Position numbers and translations under genes: made by a program. The notes beneath the pieces were generated by a model, which was not told the DNA's origin, ran no database searches, and saw only the letters and a list, made by a program, of their open reading frames with translations. DNA of 64,000 nt, from NCBI GenBank assembly GCA_964016885.1, contig OZ024741.1:229152001-229216000 (forward strand), read 5' to 3'. Positions 38,148-52,188 of this stretch are shown in pieces; within the stretch, counting starts at the first letter, position 1; every line of letters begins with the position of its first letter. This DNA comes from Eledone cirrhosa (Eukaryota).

Positions 38148-38617
38148 GTATGAAGCTGAGCGTCATGTGTATTATGTATGTATGTATCCTACACACCTCC
38201 CTATAGTTTCTTAGCTTTACTCTCTCCGCCGTTCTTCCCTCTCTCTATAATAGATCATTCCCCCTCTCTATAATTTAACTGCTTTACTCTCTATGTCGCT
38301 CTTCACTCCGTCGCCCTTCCCTCTCTCTATAATCACACACACATCTACAGAGAGAGACAGAAAAACAGAGGGAGGGGGCAAAGAGAGAGATAGGCCGTTA
38401 GACAGAAAGAGATACAATTAAAGTGTTAGTTATTCAGAGAGAGGGAGAGAGAGAGAAGGGCAGAAAGAGAAAGAGAGAGAGACAGAGAGAGACAGAGGGT
38501 GACCAGCAAGTGAGCGTTTCCAATGACGTTACATCAAGTATCGGCATTAAAATAATTTTGAAATAAACAATGTAGCGATGGTCGGTGGTATATCTTTCAT
38601 CTGTCGTCGCTCGCATA

Positions 38618-38652
<35 letters not shown>

Positions 38653-39369
38653 TACACATACTTTCAGACCTGATTTCGCCAATTGCGGAATAACATCAAA
38701 ACAAAACACACCGACATACATGCACATACACACATACACAAACACACATACACATACACAAACACACACACACATATCTATACTTATAAAGCTGACGGAC
38801 GTATATATGTATGTTATCTCTTTCTCATAATTTCGAGTATATTTTTGACCGGCCACCTTCCTGGTGGCAAGGTTGTAAAAGAAAAGAAATTGTCATCCCT
38901 TGAATCGCAAGAACTTTTTGCAAATTTTGAAGGTGCCAGCTATCGCAGCCATTTGTAGACTATGAATTAGGGAGCTGCGCTCTTTGTCCGCAAATCCAAG
39001 TTCAGTTATACATTGGTCCAAGCGGGTTGGTATATAACCCGTAGCTCCAATAATGATGGGTATGAAGCTAAAGGTGTATCTTGGATACAGGATTTGTACA
39101 CTCCTCATCAATGGTCCGTAGATGTCCTCCTTCTCCTGTATTTTTCTGACAACGTTTACATCAAGTGGGCAGCTGATCTGCACAACAGAACACGTTTTGA
39201 ATGTGTGGTCCCATACAACAATATCAGGCCGGTTGTGCTTTAATTTGGTGGCAGTTTTTAATTTCAGGTTCCATCACTATTCCTTAGTGCCATCTGTCTC
39301 AATATATTCTTCCTCGTTTGTTTTTAATTTTGTTTTCCGAAGTGCGTTTCATGTATGTATGTATGTATG

Positions 39370-39400
<31 letters not shown>

Positions 39401-39522
39401 GATCATTCCCCCTCTCTATAATTTAACTGCTTTACTCTCTCTGTCGCTCATGACTCTCTATATGACAACGCTGTTTTAGTTTCCGTAACTCCCTTCAATA
39501 TGTACACATAGAGAGAGAGAGG

Positions 39523-39578
<56 letters not shown>

Positions 39579-39880
39579 TTAGGAAAACTACACACACACA
39601 TCTACAGAGAGAGACAGAAAAACAGAGGGAGGGGATAAGAGAGAGATAGGCCGTTAGACAGAGAGAGAGATACAATTAAAGTGTTAGTTATTCAGAGAGA
39701 GAGAGAGACAGACAGACATAGCTGAGCGTCGTATATATGTATTATGTATGTAAGTATCCTACACACCTCCCTATAGTTTCTTAGCTTTACTCTCTCCGTC
39801 GCTCTTCACACTCTATATGAAAACACTGTTTTAGTTTCCGTATCTCCCTTCAATATATACACATAGAGAGGGAGAGAGGC

Positions 39881-39959
<79 letters not shown>

Positions 39960-40070
39960 GAAAAAGATTAGGAAAACTACACACACACAGACAGAAAAAC
40001 AGAGGGAGGGGAAAAGAGAGAGAGATAGGCCGTTAGACAGAGAGAGATACAATTAAAGTGTTAGTTATTC

Positions 40071-40112
<42 letters not shown>

Positions 40113-40460
40113 GGGGACCGGCAAGTGACCGGTTTTCCAATGACGTTAAATCAAGTATCGGCATTAAAATAATTTTGAAATAAACAATGTGCATGATCAA
40201 ATGTAGCGGTGATTGAAAAATAACGTTCATTTTCGTGGTATATCTTTCATCTGTCGTAGCTCGCATAAGTAACACACACACACACAAATACACATACTCT
40301 CACACCTGATTTCGCCAATTGCGGGATAACATCAAAACAAAACACACGGACACACACATGCACATACACACACACAAACACACACACACACACACACACA
40401 CATATCTATACTTATAAAGCTGACGCTCGTATGTATGTATGTATGTATGTATGTATGAGG
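38148..40460 (+). repeat. Tandem degenerate units opening with a Helitron-like 5' end TCTATA..AAGCTGA-(TATG)n
   Basis: Starts at ~38149, ~38776 and ~40404 (partial at ~39718); shared (GA)n and internal blocks. Confidence 0.55.
38815..39350 (-). mobile_element. 3' fragment of a restriction-like-endonuclease (RLE) non-LTR element
   Basis: KHNRPDIVVWD..QISCPLD..KE.IY..IPIIIGATG; flanked by (TATG)n. Confidence 0.85.
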
Positions 40461-40851
40461 GAGCTTATAGATAGGACAACACACGCTGTCTTTTCGTGGG
40501 GTAATTTTTTAATTAATTTTTGTATTCTGAAACATCAAAATACAACAATTTTTTGGTCACTGGACTCGGGAATGTCACGACAGAAGTTTGTGGAAGTTAC
40601 ACAAATATTTTAGTATATTTTACCAGAGCAATCCTTATTTATATTTTACATTTTACATTTACTTACATCTCAATATAACATGGCTAAAATTCAAATTTTG
40701 CAAAGAGAAGAAAACGGACAAATGAACTAGATACATCTCACTGTCCCCCACCACCACAATGACGTCTACATTCTCTCCCCAGCATCACATGTCATTACCC
40801 TATCTAGACTAAAGTCATCGACCTGTTGTCAAACTCTCTACTCTGTGTTGA

Positions 40852-40900
<49 letters not shown>

Positions 40901-41225
40901 GATATGTGTGTATATACATCACTCAGTCAAACGACCAGATTTCAACCCCAACATCTACAACAACAACACCGGCACTAATGTTTACAGCAACAACAGCTTC
41001 AGAATGAATTGAAATGAACATTTACAACAGCGGCATCAAACGATAACAAAAATAAAAAGTCACAAACAAACAAACAAAAAACTCAAAATAACAAAACACA
41101 CACACACGCGCACACAACACAACAACAACATCAACTGCCACCACCACCACCACCACCACCACCGCCGCCGCCGCCATCACTATCACCAGCGACCGGGCCT
41201 TAAGAAAACAACTTTAATAATAATA

Positions 41226-41375
41226 ATTTTCTGCTTTTGGCACGGATCCAGCGACTGGTCCAGCGCATTACTGGTACTCTCTTTTGTTGACTCCGTGGGG
41301 ATGAAAGGCAAGGTTGACCTCGGCGGGATTTAAGCTCAGAGCGTGGAGAGCTATAGCTCTATGCTGTAAAGCAAT
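41226..41375 (-). mobile_element. SINE fragment
   Basis: ggatgaaaggcaaggttgacctcggcgggatttaagctcag. Confidence 0.75.
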
Positions 41376-41476
41376 TATAATAATACTGGACTGTAATACG
41401 AACGGCTTCAACTAGACAAACTCTTGAAAGTCAACAGTTGACATAATCTTGTAATCGTGTATCAGTAATGACGGTA

Positions 41477-41508
<32 letters not shown>

Positions 41509-41664
41509 AAGTGAGTAGCATGTGTGTGTTTGTTTGTATGTATGAGTGTTGCTGTGTGTGCGCGTATGTATGCGTGTGTGTGCGCGCATATGTATGCGCG
41601 TGTGTGTATGTCTTACGTATAAGTGTCAATAAGTGAGGTTTTTTTTTTGGGGGGGGGGGTTGCG

Positions 41665-41940
41665 CGGCGACATAGAAATAATCGGGCTGGATGCCCGATC
41701 GCGCACTTAAACCACTGGGAGTGAAGAACCCCTAGCCCTTGTCAGGGCATTCTTCTAGGAGAAGGCATCTCAGGAAACTGGGTTAACTCCGACATAAAAC
41801 CTGCGGCTCAGTAGTTACCGATGATGTTGATCTTTTCTTCTTTTCGGGTTATAGCTACTGTCGCTCAGAGAGTGGGATTGGCTCAGTGCACAGTCTTTCC
41901 TCACTTTAAAAACATTCGTCACGCACAGGCATTGCACGAT
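41665..41940 (+). mobile_element. Non-coding module with (ATT)n tail (homologous to 11236-11510)
   Basis: aaacctgcggctcagtagttaccgatgatgttgatc.. near-identical to ~11367-11460. Confidence 0.75.
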
Positions 41941-41962
41941 TGTATTAATAATTATTAATAGT

Positions 41963-41996
<34 letters not shown>

Positions 41997-42024
41997 CATT
42001 ATTATTATTATTATTATTATTATT

Positions 42025-43273
42025 GTTCTTTGAGTCTCAGTCATTGATGTTAGTTAACTGGAAAGTTTGTTGAAATGAATATTAAGCAGCCAGGACGTAT
42101 CGGAGGGTTCTTGCTGTTCCCAGCAAGCATGCCTTTTGAAGCGTTCCAAAAAGCGTGAAGGGGCCAATTTTCTTTAACCATCCTTGGAAACTTTTTAAAG
42201 ATAGTACCTAGTGCGCCTATGACAATCGGGACCACTTTGACATCATGGCAGTTCCAAATCCTTTTTACCTCCCACTTTAAGTCCTGGTATCGGTTAATTT
42301 TCTCCCTCTCCTTCTCTTGCACTCTCGTGTCGAATGGGCAGGCCACATTCACAATCAGGCACGATCTTTTTGCTTTGTCCAAAACCACCAGGTCAGGTCT
42401 ATTGTGTTCCAGTTTCTTGTCCGTCTGTATCCTAAAATCCCACAGCACCTTCACCTGATCGTTTTCTATCAGCGACTCTGGCTTATGCTCATACCACTTC
42501 TCAGAATGTGGTAAATTGTTTACTTTGCATAGGTGCCAGTGGATCACCCTGCCCATCACATCATGTCTCCAGCCCTTATAGTGAGTCTGGGCTAGGTGTT
42601 TACACTCGGATACAATGTGAGCCAGTCTCCTCTCTCTCTCTCCACAGATCCTACACAGTGGGCTAGCCTCCTCCTTGTAAATATGGTGTTTCAACCACTT
42701 CGTTTTGAGGGCCTGCTCTTGCGCAACCATTAACATTCCTTCTGTAGCCTTTTTAAGGTCTCTTCTTTTCAACCAGTTCCATGTCTCTGGATCTCTGAAT
42801 TCAGTTTTCTCAAAGAAGGTACTATGAAGGGATTTTTCCTGAAGGCTGCTCTTTCTCCTTGTTGTTATTTCCTCCCTGGACGTCCACTGCTCTATTGTCC
42901 TCTCCTTCAGTACAGTTCTGAGCATTGGCTCCTTACTATCAGTCACGTATTTGTGCAGGTTGTTTTTTTCGATCTGAACACAGTCCTCTATGCTGATAAG
43001 ACCTCTTCCACCTTCAGATCTCCTTAAGTAGAGTCTATCGGCATCACTCCTCTTGTGGAACATGTTGTAGATAGTCAATAATTTCCTAGTCTTCCTCCAG
43101 AACACCCAAATACTTGTATCCTTCTTCAGTGTCAATTTCCTTTATCATCTCACCTGTTGGTACCTGGACTCCGTTGCTTCTGCTCAATTTACCCCTCTTC
43201 ATCACAAGGACTCCACACTTACTAATACCAAATTGCATACATATATCATTGCTGAAAATACGGACATTGTCAA
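42025..43273 (-). mobile_element. Dong/R4-like non-LTR retrotransposon 3' fragment (RT end, CCHC, RLE)
   Basis: QFGISKC..YKYLGV; RLYLRRSEGGRGL; CRICGE..HIVSEC; LWDF.IQTD..RPDLV; (TAA)n at both ends. Confidence 0.9.
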
Positions 43274-43289
43274 CATTATTATTATTATC

Positions 43290-43370
43290 TCGACCTTATT
43301 GTAAACCCCCACTGTCCCTGTCTTTGTATTGTCCCCTACATGTCGGCCCTTGTGGCTAATAAATGAAATC
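43290..43370 (+). mobile_element. Tx1/L1-like 3' UTR fragment
   Basis: tttgtattgtcccct..tgtggctaataaa resembles the 3' end at 46540-46590 (reverse strand). Confidence 0.6.
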
Positions 43371-43479
43371 ATTATTATTATTATTATTATTATTATTGTT
43401 GTTATTATTATTATTATTATTGTTACTATTATTATTACTTTTTTTATTATTGTTACTATTATTATTACTTTTTGTTTTC

Positions 43480-45647
43480 TTTCCGAATTCACTGATGTTC
43501 CAGAACAATATAAAAGAGATAATTGGCAATTTAGGTTCTGGAACAAAAAAGATAATTGGCAATAAGGGCAGGCGCCCCATTTTAACACAGCCTGGGCTCG
43601 CTCGTCATCGTGCCATTGTAATAGAGCCAAACAAGGCATTTAGTCTTGGCTGCTGGAACGTACGGACGCTGCTTGACAGGGATTCCTTGGAGCGTCCTGA
43701 ACGAAGGACCGCTCTTGTGGCAAAGGAGCTTCGACGTTACGATCTTGACATCGTGGCTTTATCTGAGACGAGGTTAGCTGGGGATGGTCATCTTACACAA
43801 TTTTGTGGAGAATATACATTCTTCTGGAAAGGAAGAGATGAAGGAACCAGAAGAGAGGCTGGGGTAGGATTTGCTGTTAAGACTGTACTTGTGAATAAAT
43901 TAGAAGAATTCCCAGTAGGGATTAGTGAGCGTCTTATGTCCATGAGAATTCCGCCGGACAAAGGAATATATGCGACCCTGGTGAGTGTGTATGCTCCAAC
44001 TATGAATTATGTCGATGAAGAAAAAGTGTCCTTTTACCATGCATTGAAAGGTGTTTCAAGAAATATCCCTCAGGCAGACAAAGTCATCGTGCTTGGTGAC
44101 TTTAATGCTAGAGTGGGTAGGGATTTTAACACATGGAATCTAATCGGAAGGCATGGGTGGGAAAGTGTAACAACAATGGTATGCTCTGCTGCAGATGTGT
44201 GAGGAGCTGGATATGTGTGTTACCAACACCATGTTCCAAAAAAAGAACAAATTCAAGACCACATGGATGCATCCTGCATCTAAGGAATGGCATCTTTTGG
44301 ACTACGTCCTAGTCAGGATGCGTGACAGACAGGATGTGCAGTGCGTTCGTGCTCTTCGTGGAGCTGAGTGCTGGACGGACCACCGCCTGGCAAAACCACA
44401 GGAGAGGAATACATTACATGAGGAACTCAAGGATGTAAAATCACGTGTTAGGCGGAGTCTTTCTCAGATGAAGGATCAGTGGTGGAGTGAGAAGGCTGGT
44501 GAGATGCAAACTGCGTCAGATTCCAATAACACAAAGCTGTTGTACAGTCTCTTGCGTGAGGTTTATGGACCGTCTTCTTCTCTGGTGACACCGCTTCGCA
44601 GCAAGGATGGCAAAGAACTTCTTCGTGACTCACAAGGAATTCTACGAAGGTGGCGAGAGCACTTTGATGTTCTTTTGAATCAGCCGTCTGTCGTCAGTGA
44701 AGATTTCCTCAATCTCATTCAAGAAAGTCCTGTGAAAGTAGCTCTCGCAGAACCTCCGACGCTTGTGGAGGTTGCAGTGGCTATTTCGAAGCTGAACAAT
44801 GGAAGATCTCCAGGTATGGATGGCATATATGCTGAGCCCCTACAATATGGTGGTGAGAGACTCCTGCAACATCTTCACTCTTTGTTTGGCAGGATATGGG
44901 CTAATGAATCCGTACCTGAGGACAGGAGAGATGCAGTAATGGTGGTCTTGTACAAGGGAAAGGGTAACAGGAATGATTGTGGGAACTACAGAGGTATATC
45001 ATTGCTTTCTGTCGTAGGGAAAGTTTTATGTAGGGTGCTTCTGGACCGTCTGCTGGCACACATTGCAGTTGTGTTCTTCCTGAAAGTCAATCTGGTTTTC
45101 GTACTGGACGCGGCACTACTGATCTGATCTTCTCAGCTAGACAGCTCCAGGAGAAGTGCATGGAACGAGGCTTGGATCTGTATCAGGTTTTTGTCGATCT
45201 GACAAAAGCTTTCGATACTGTTAACAGAGATGCATTATGGAAGGTTCTCCAGAAACTTGGTTGCCCTGATAAGTTCCTTGCTTTAGTTAGGTATTTCCAT
45301 GACGACATGAAGGTTTGGGTTAATGTCGGAGGTATCATGTCGGAGCCTATCTCAGTAAAATTGGAGTGAAACAGGGGGATATTCCAGCACCGACCCTGTT
45401 TGCCATATACTTTGCAATGGTTTTCTGTATTGCATTCAGGAATTGCGAGCATGGTGTTTACATCCGATATCGAACCTCAGGCAGCATATTTAACATCAGG
45501 CGCTTTGCTGCAAAGACAAAAGTATTTACATCAATCATAAGAGACCTCTTGTATGCAGATGATTGCGATCTTGTAGCGCACACAGAGAGTGATATGCAGC
45601 ACATTTTGAATGCATTTTCTGACGCTTGCACTGCCCTAGGATTGACT
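43480..45647 (+). mobile_element. RTE-clade (BovB-like) LINE, APE + RT, frameshifted and 3'-truncated
   Basis: WNVRTL, VALSETR, SVYAPT, LGDFNARVG, LLDYVL, TDHR; NYRGISLLS, FVDLTKAFD, KQGD, LLYADD. Confidence 0.93.
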
Positions 45648-45893
45648 GAGCTACGGGTTATATACCAACCCGCTTAAACCAAAGTATGACTGAACTTGGA
45701 TTTGCGGACAAAAAGCGCAGCTCGCTAATTTATAGTCTACAAATGGCTGCGATAGCTGGCACCTTCAAAATTTGCAAAAGATTCTTGCGATTCAAGGGAT
45801 GACAATCTCTTTTCTTTTACAACCTTGCCACCAGGAAGGTGGCCGGTCAAAAAAATATACTCGAAATTAAGAGAAAGAGATACATACATACAT
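45648..45893 (+). mobile_element. 3' end of the same RLE family as 38815-39350
   Basis: Near-identical to the reverse complement of ~38815-39047; (TACA)n tail. Confidence 0.85.
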
Positions 45894-46438
45894 AGTTATA
45901 CAACTAAAAAATCATAGGTAAATTGTATTGTATTTTAGCATGAAAATAGAGAAAACTATGTAAACAGAGAAGGGAGTGAAGTGAGAGGCATACAGACTGG
46001 CAACTAGAAAGAAAGTGAGAGAGAGAGAGAGAAGTGAGTACAAGAGGAAGGCGTAAGTGATTATAGGGAAGGGGGGTTCCATTGAAAGCAACAGTCTATC
46101 AGAACTCAATCAGTAAATGGTGTTGCCCACGGCAGGAATTTCTCACGCCCCCTCTGATCTTCATAAAACCTTCACAATAAAGGAGAGTGGATGTGCATAT
46201 ATATTTGTGTATGTGTGTGTGTGTGTGTGTATACGTGTGTGTAGGGGCGGGTATAATATGTGGAAAAGTTTGTTTGTTAGTTGGGGTGGGTTTATATATG
46301 TATACATATATATATATACATCTATACACACTCACGCACACACACACACACACACGCATACACACATATATATATATGTGTATATATATATAAATGTGTG
46401 TGTGTGTCTCTGTGTGTGTTTATATATATATGTATGTG

Positions 46439-46538
<100 letters not shown>

Positions 46539-46539
46539 T

Positions 46540-48545
46540 ATATTTCTTTATTAGCCACAGGGGCACAAAAGAAGGGGACAAATACAAAGGGGGAAGTTTA
46601 CATACAATAAAAACGTGTAAAATGTTATCACAAATGGAATTTAAAAAGTTAGTCGATTTTCCCCAATACAGGGAGACAGTTTATATGGGTAACACATACC
46701 CCCGAAAAAAATGTGCAACCCTCATCTCCAGGAGTACGAAGAGCTTGTACTCCTTTCCTCTCCTCCTCCTTTTCCTCAACCTACAGACTGATATAGAGAG
46801 AAGGCCCATTCACTCGGGTCATTCTCGCCACTTTCACCCACCTTTCATAAAACTTGCTGATGTACAGCACCTCTCTCTCCATCCTGACTCTTCTTCCAAA
46901 GTGGTATTTGAAAAAAAGAATCAGTTGTTGGCCGGAGAGAAAGGTGTCTGACCTCAGCCCTTTCAACCTTGTCCACCATACAACCTCTTTCGCCATAGCT
47001 ATCACACAAAGGAAAACCGCCTCTCCTTCGTTTTTGAAGGAGGGTGGCGGTTTGATCATGACAATGGATTCGGTGGTCAACTGGATTGGTCCCACCCGCG
47101 ACAATAGTCGTTCTACATAGCCCCACAGGTCAGTGACGCCCGGGCAGTGTATGAATGCGTGCGCGACGGTTTCTTCATCTCGCACGCACCTCGGACAGAT
47201 CTTTTTTGCAGGGTCCCTGCCCGGGCGCCCATGTCTGTAGAGCTTGTCTCGAACTGGTAGAGCTCCTCGGTAGCACTGCCAGGCCAGGGACTTTTGGAAG
47301 TTGTCCATCGGTCCCGGGCGGAAGGTCCTACCGAACAGACTGGCCAGTTCATCTTCCTCTACGCCTAGAGTTTCACCGAGCGCGTCGTCGCACTTGCTGC
47401 GGACCAACCCTCTATAGAATGACGAAGTGGAGTCTCCACTGATCGCCGGGTTCGCCTGCCAGAGGGCTGTGAGCGCCTGAGCACATTCGATGTGCCAGTC
47501 GCCCATTTTCCTCGGTCTTTGCTTGACCCAGGACTGCAGCTCGGTCAGCGAGACGAGTCGTGGGAAGGCTCGCCTCACGAACGGGGCCCACACCGGTTGT
47601 CCGGTGAGGAATACGTAGAGATGCCGCAGCCTGAGCGCGTGTTTGCGCATCGTCAACCACGGCATCCCCAGCCCTCCGTTAGAAGGGTGTTGGCAGCAGA
47701 TGGATCTTCTCACCAAAGGAGCCCGCCTCTTCCAAAGGAATCGGAAGAGCGCGCGCTCCATTTTGGCGAGCGTTTTGGCTGGACAAGGCATGACGGTCAA
47801 GCGGTAGTAGATGGCGGACGCTATAAAAGTGTTCGCCACCTCCGCTCGACCTTTCAAGGATAGTTTGCACTCGGCCCACTTCTGGGTGAGTGCAAACACC
47901 TTGGCCGTCACTTCGTTCCAGTTCTTCGCCACCTGGAGGTCCGGACCAAACCAGACCCCGAGCAGCTTTACCGGTCCTTCCGTCCAGCGTCCGACGACGC
48001 CATCGGAAGGCATCGGTCTGCCTCTCCACGATCCGAGTTGCAAACCGATGGACTTATCCCAGTTCAGCTTCGCTCCTGTGACACTTTCGTATTCTTTCAG
48101 TAAGGTGCCGACTTCCTCGATTTGCGAGGCGCTCGACACCATTACTGTCACGTCGTCGGCGTAGGCCGACGCCGCTTTCCGCAGTCCCGGTTCCAGAGGT
48201 ATGCCCTGCAATAGCTCCAGCTTCCGCAGTAGTGGCTCGAGAGTCAGTACGTACAGAAGGGAGGAGAGAGGGCATCCCTGTCGAATGGATCGCGTAATAT
48301 GGAACGGCTCCGAGAGGTAGCCGTTCACCTTGACCCTTGAGCAGATGTTGCTGTTGTGCATTGCAGCAATCCAGCCCCTGAACACGGGTCCGAAGCCTGC
48401 CGCCTCGAGCACCGCATCCAGGTAACGATGGTCAACCCTATCGAAAGCCTTAGACTGATCCAAGTTGATCAGGGCCCCACCGAAGCCGGTTTACACCCTA
48501 CCCTCTCTATGATGTATCGCATGAGGTGGAGGTTGTCGTGTATGG
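46540..48545 (-). mobile_element. Tx1/L1-clade LINE 3' part (RT + zf-RVT), ORF 46781-48463 uninterrupted
   Basis: DQSKAFDRV, IRQGCPLS, AYADD, LLGVWFG, GGLG.P, CPRC..ETVAHAFIHC; AATAAA then (TA)n. Confidence 0.93.
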
Positions 48546-48549
48546 ATAT

Positions 48550-48580
<31 letters not shown>

Positions 48581-48649
48581 TATATACTTACATATATTGT
48601 TTATATAGAAGTATATATATGTATGTATAGATGTATAAATAGATGTATA

Positions 48650-51600
48650 TATCATCATCATCATCATCGTTTAACGTCCATGTTCCACGCTTGCATGGGT
48701 TTGGACGGGGGTTTTCCCACTTGAGGCAAGAGTGGTTGCCTTGTTCGCATAGGACTGTCTGGCGGGTTTTCTACAGCTGGATGCCCTTCCTAACACCAAC
48801 CACATTTACAGTGTGGGGCTGGGAGGTTTTTACCGTGTTGCCTACACGGCCACATTACAGCGTGGACTGTCTGGCGTGTTTTCTACATCTGGATGCCCTT
48901 CCTAACACCAACCACATTTACAGTGTGGGACTGGGAGGTTTTTACCGTGTTGCCTACACGGTCACATTACAGCGTGGACTGTGTGTTTTTTTGTCGTGAC
49001 ACCTACACGATCTCGTTTGTTTCGGCCTGAATGTTGTGGCACCAACATAACTTTGCATTGAAGGTGGCGGTGTGGAAGGGGTGAGACGGGGGTGTATTTT
49101 GTTAGACATGCCTACTGACTAGTAGGTTTTACTTTGTATTTAGGTAAGGCGGGTCTTCTCTGTTACTGTGTACCGCCAAAGGTCTCGGTCCAGTGACATT
49201 GTCTTGGAGAGGTGTAAGTGTGTGAGGTCGGAATTTATCAGCTCGTCCCAGGTTTTCCTGGGTCTGCCTACTCCGTGGCTACCATCTATCTTTATTGCCC
49301 TGCACTTTGTTATACAGCTGTCGTCTTTCATGCGCATCACGTGACCATACCAACGTAACCTTCTCTCGAGTAAACAACATCTGATCCCTCTTATTTCTAA
49401 TTTTTTCCTTAGTTCGTTTATGCTTTGCCGTTCACGTATATTACTATTACACATCCAGCGGAGCATGCAAGCTTCGTTCCTCTCTAGTCTGCGTATATCC
49501 TCTGCACACAATGCCCAGGTCTCACTGCCATGCAACATTGCTGTTCGTATGCAGGCATCATACAACCTGCCTTTCATTTTTAGGGAGAACCCTTTAGCGG
49601 CTAATAGTGGTATAAGCTCTCTGAACTTTTTCCATCCAGTTCTGACTCTAGCTACTGTACTTTCAGAGCACCCTCCCCCACTGCTGATTTTGTCACCCGG
49701 GTAACGGAAGCTGTTCACTATTTCTATAGAACCCTCTGCGCAATTGAAAGAGTTAGTATTTTGTGGGCACTTGCTGCTACTTATTGCACCAGAGCACCGG
49801 CCACATGTAAAATCTGTGTTCTTAGTTAACTTACCTGTGATCCCACTACATCTTTTATGCACCCATACTTTGCATTTGGGACATCAAATGGAGTTTCTAC
49901 CTACGCCTTTCCTACACACTGAGCATGGCCATTTCCCGGAGGGGACCGGCGCCTTATTTTCTTTCCTACAAACTAGAACTTTAGTCTTAGCCAGGTTAAT
50001 TTGAAGGCCTTTTGATTCTAGGTCGTGCTTCCATGTTTGGAATTTCTTCTCTAGCTCGGCCATTGATTCAGCTATGAGCGTTAGATCATCTGCGTATAGG
50101 AGTTCCCATGGGCAGCCGGTCTTGAACTCCTCTGTTATAGCCTGAAGGGCAATAATAAATAGTAGTGGGCTAAGAACAGAGCCCTGATGGACACCAACTT
50201 TTACGCTAAACTCTTCACTATATTCGTTGTTAATTCTAACCTTGCTGACTGTTTCTTTATACATGGCTTGTATGGCTCTCACAAGCCATTCCTCAACACC
50301 TAGTTTTCTAAGAGCACACCAGATAATGGAATGGGGGACTCTGTCGAAGGCTTTCTCCAAGTCGACAAAAGCTAAGTATAGGGGTTTACTTTTAGCTAGG
50401 TACTTCTGTAGTTGTCGTACAATGAAAAGAGCGTCTGTGGTACTTTTACCTGACACAAACCCGAACTGCATTTCATCTAGATCAATTCTCTCTCTGATTA
50501 GCTGCGCTATTACTTTTTCCGTGACCTTCATGACCTGGTTGATTAATTTAATGCCTCTATAGTTACTCCTATCTAGGGCGTCTCCTTTACCCTTGTAACA
50601 GTTAACGATGATACTGCTACGACAGTCCTTCGGAACAACCCCATTCTGTATGACTTGGTTTACTATCCGGGTGACCATGGTGTGTCCCACCATACCGGAG
50701 GCTTTCAGCATCTCAGCAACTATTTCCGAAGGCCCAGCTGCCTTACCCGTCTTCATATCTTTGATTGCCTTACTTATTTTACTACCTTCGACTAACACTG
50801 CTGGTCCCTCTATTGGATCGATGTGGGGGAGACTGTCTTTCTCCCATTTATTCTCCTCATTTAGTAGCCTTTCGTAGTGACACTTCCAAGCTACCTTCTC
50901 ATCAGCGTCAGTGATGGCAAGTATGCCATCATCGTTAAGTACACACTTCTCCCCGACAATATCACGGTTTTCCTTGACACATTGCCTCGCAATCCTGAAC
51001 ACCTCACGTTTTTGGTCCTCGCGTTGTAGAACATGCTTGAACTTTCTTTCCTCTGCTTCCTTTCTTGCGAAGTACACTTGTCTCCTAGCTTCCCTCCTGG
51101 CCACTTGATAGTATTCTCTACTTCCCCCATCCCGCCATGATTTCCAAGCCTGCTTTTTGGCCTTGATTGACCCCTCCACCTTACTGTTCCACCACCATGT
51201 TACTCTCCTCCTGCCTACAGGCCTGCTCCAGCCATAGACTTCGTCTGCCGCCATCAGCAGGTTTGCTTTCAGGAATTCCCACTGTTCCTCTACCTTGTAC
51301 GACTCTAATTGCTCTTCCTTACTGTCGAAAGCATCAAGTAATATGCTTTGAAATTTATTTCTGGCTGTGGGATCCTTTAGCTTCCATATTTTTCTCCTGA
51401 CGATAGTCCTCTTCTGCTGTCTAGTACGTCTCGTCCTGACTATGAGGTCGCTAATTATCAGTCTATGATGGGAGGTGCATTCTTCATGGGGGAGGGATTT
51501 AGTGGTTACAACAGACACTCTGTCACGTCTTCTGGTAAGGATATAATCTACCTGGCTGGTATGTTCTCCTGATCTGTAGGTGATCAAGTGATTGTCTCGT

Positions 51601-51897
51601 TTTTTGAAGTTAGTGTTACAGATAGTAAGTTTGTTCGCATCACAGAATTCCAGGATTCTGAAGCCTTCCTCGTTTCTAGTACCAAACCCATAGCCTCCGT
51701 GGATTCCATCATAGCCGTCACAATGTTGTCCAACGTGACCATTTAGGTCGCCAGCAATAATTATATAGTCACTGTCAGTTATTTGGGAGGTAGTGAGCAT
51801 CAGTGTCTCATAGAATCTGTCTTTTATAGTGCCAGGCAGTCCGGATTGGGGCGCGTATGCAGATATTGCTGTCACAGTAGTTCTGTTTAGAACAAGT

Positions 51898-51900
<3 letters not shown>
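48650..51900 (-). mobile_element. RTE-like LINE (APE + RT with PHD-type finger in the RT), 5'-truncated
   Basis: SAYAPQ, AGDLNGHVG, VDYIL, FVDLEKAFD, HQGSVLSP, LLYADD, RLRWYGHV, GRPRKTW; (GAT)n tail; ~110-bp tandem duplication in the 3' UTR. Confidence 0.93.
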
Positions 51901-51967
<67 letters not shown>

Positions 51968-51995
51968 ATCAAAAGATGGTTAAATGAGTTCCATG

Positions 51996-52066
51996 TATTT
52001 TATTATGCGCATTTCAAAAACAAATATCATCATGCAATAACATTTGTGTGTTCATCAGATAAAATA
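51996..52066 (-). ncRNA. Hammerhead ribozyme (left arm)
   Basis: Reverse complement of 52189-52259. Confidence 0.8.
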
Positions 52067-52188
52067 GGAGGACATGATATGAAGGTTAAAAACACTTGCG
52101 GATAGTGCAGTTTTAAATCAACATATCGATATGTTGATTTAAAACTGCACTATTCACAAGTGTTTTTAACCTTCATATCATGTCCTCC

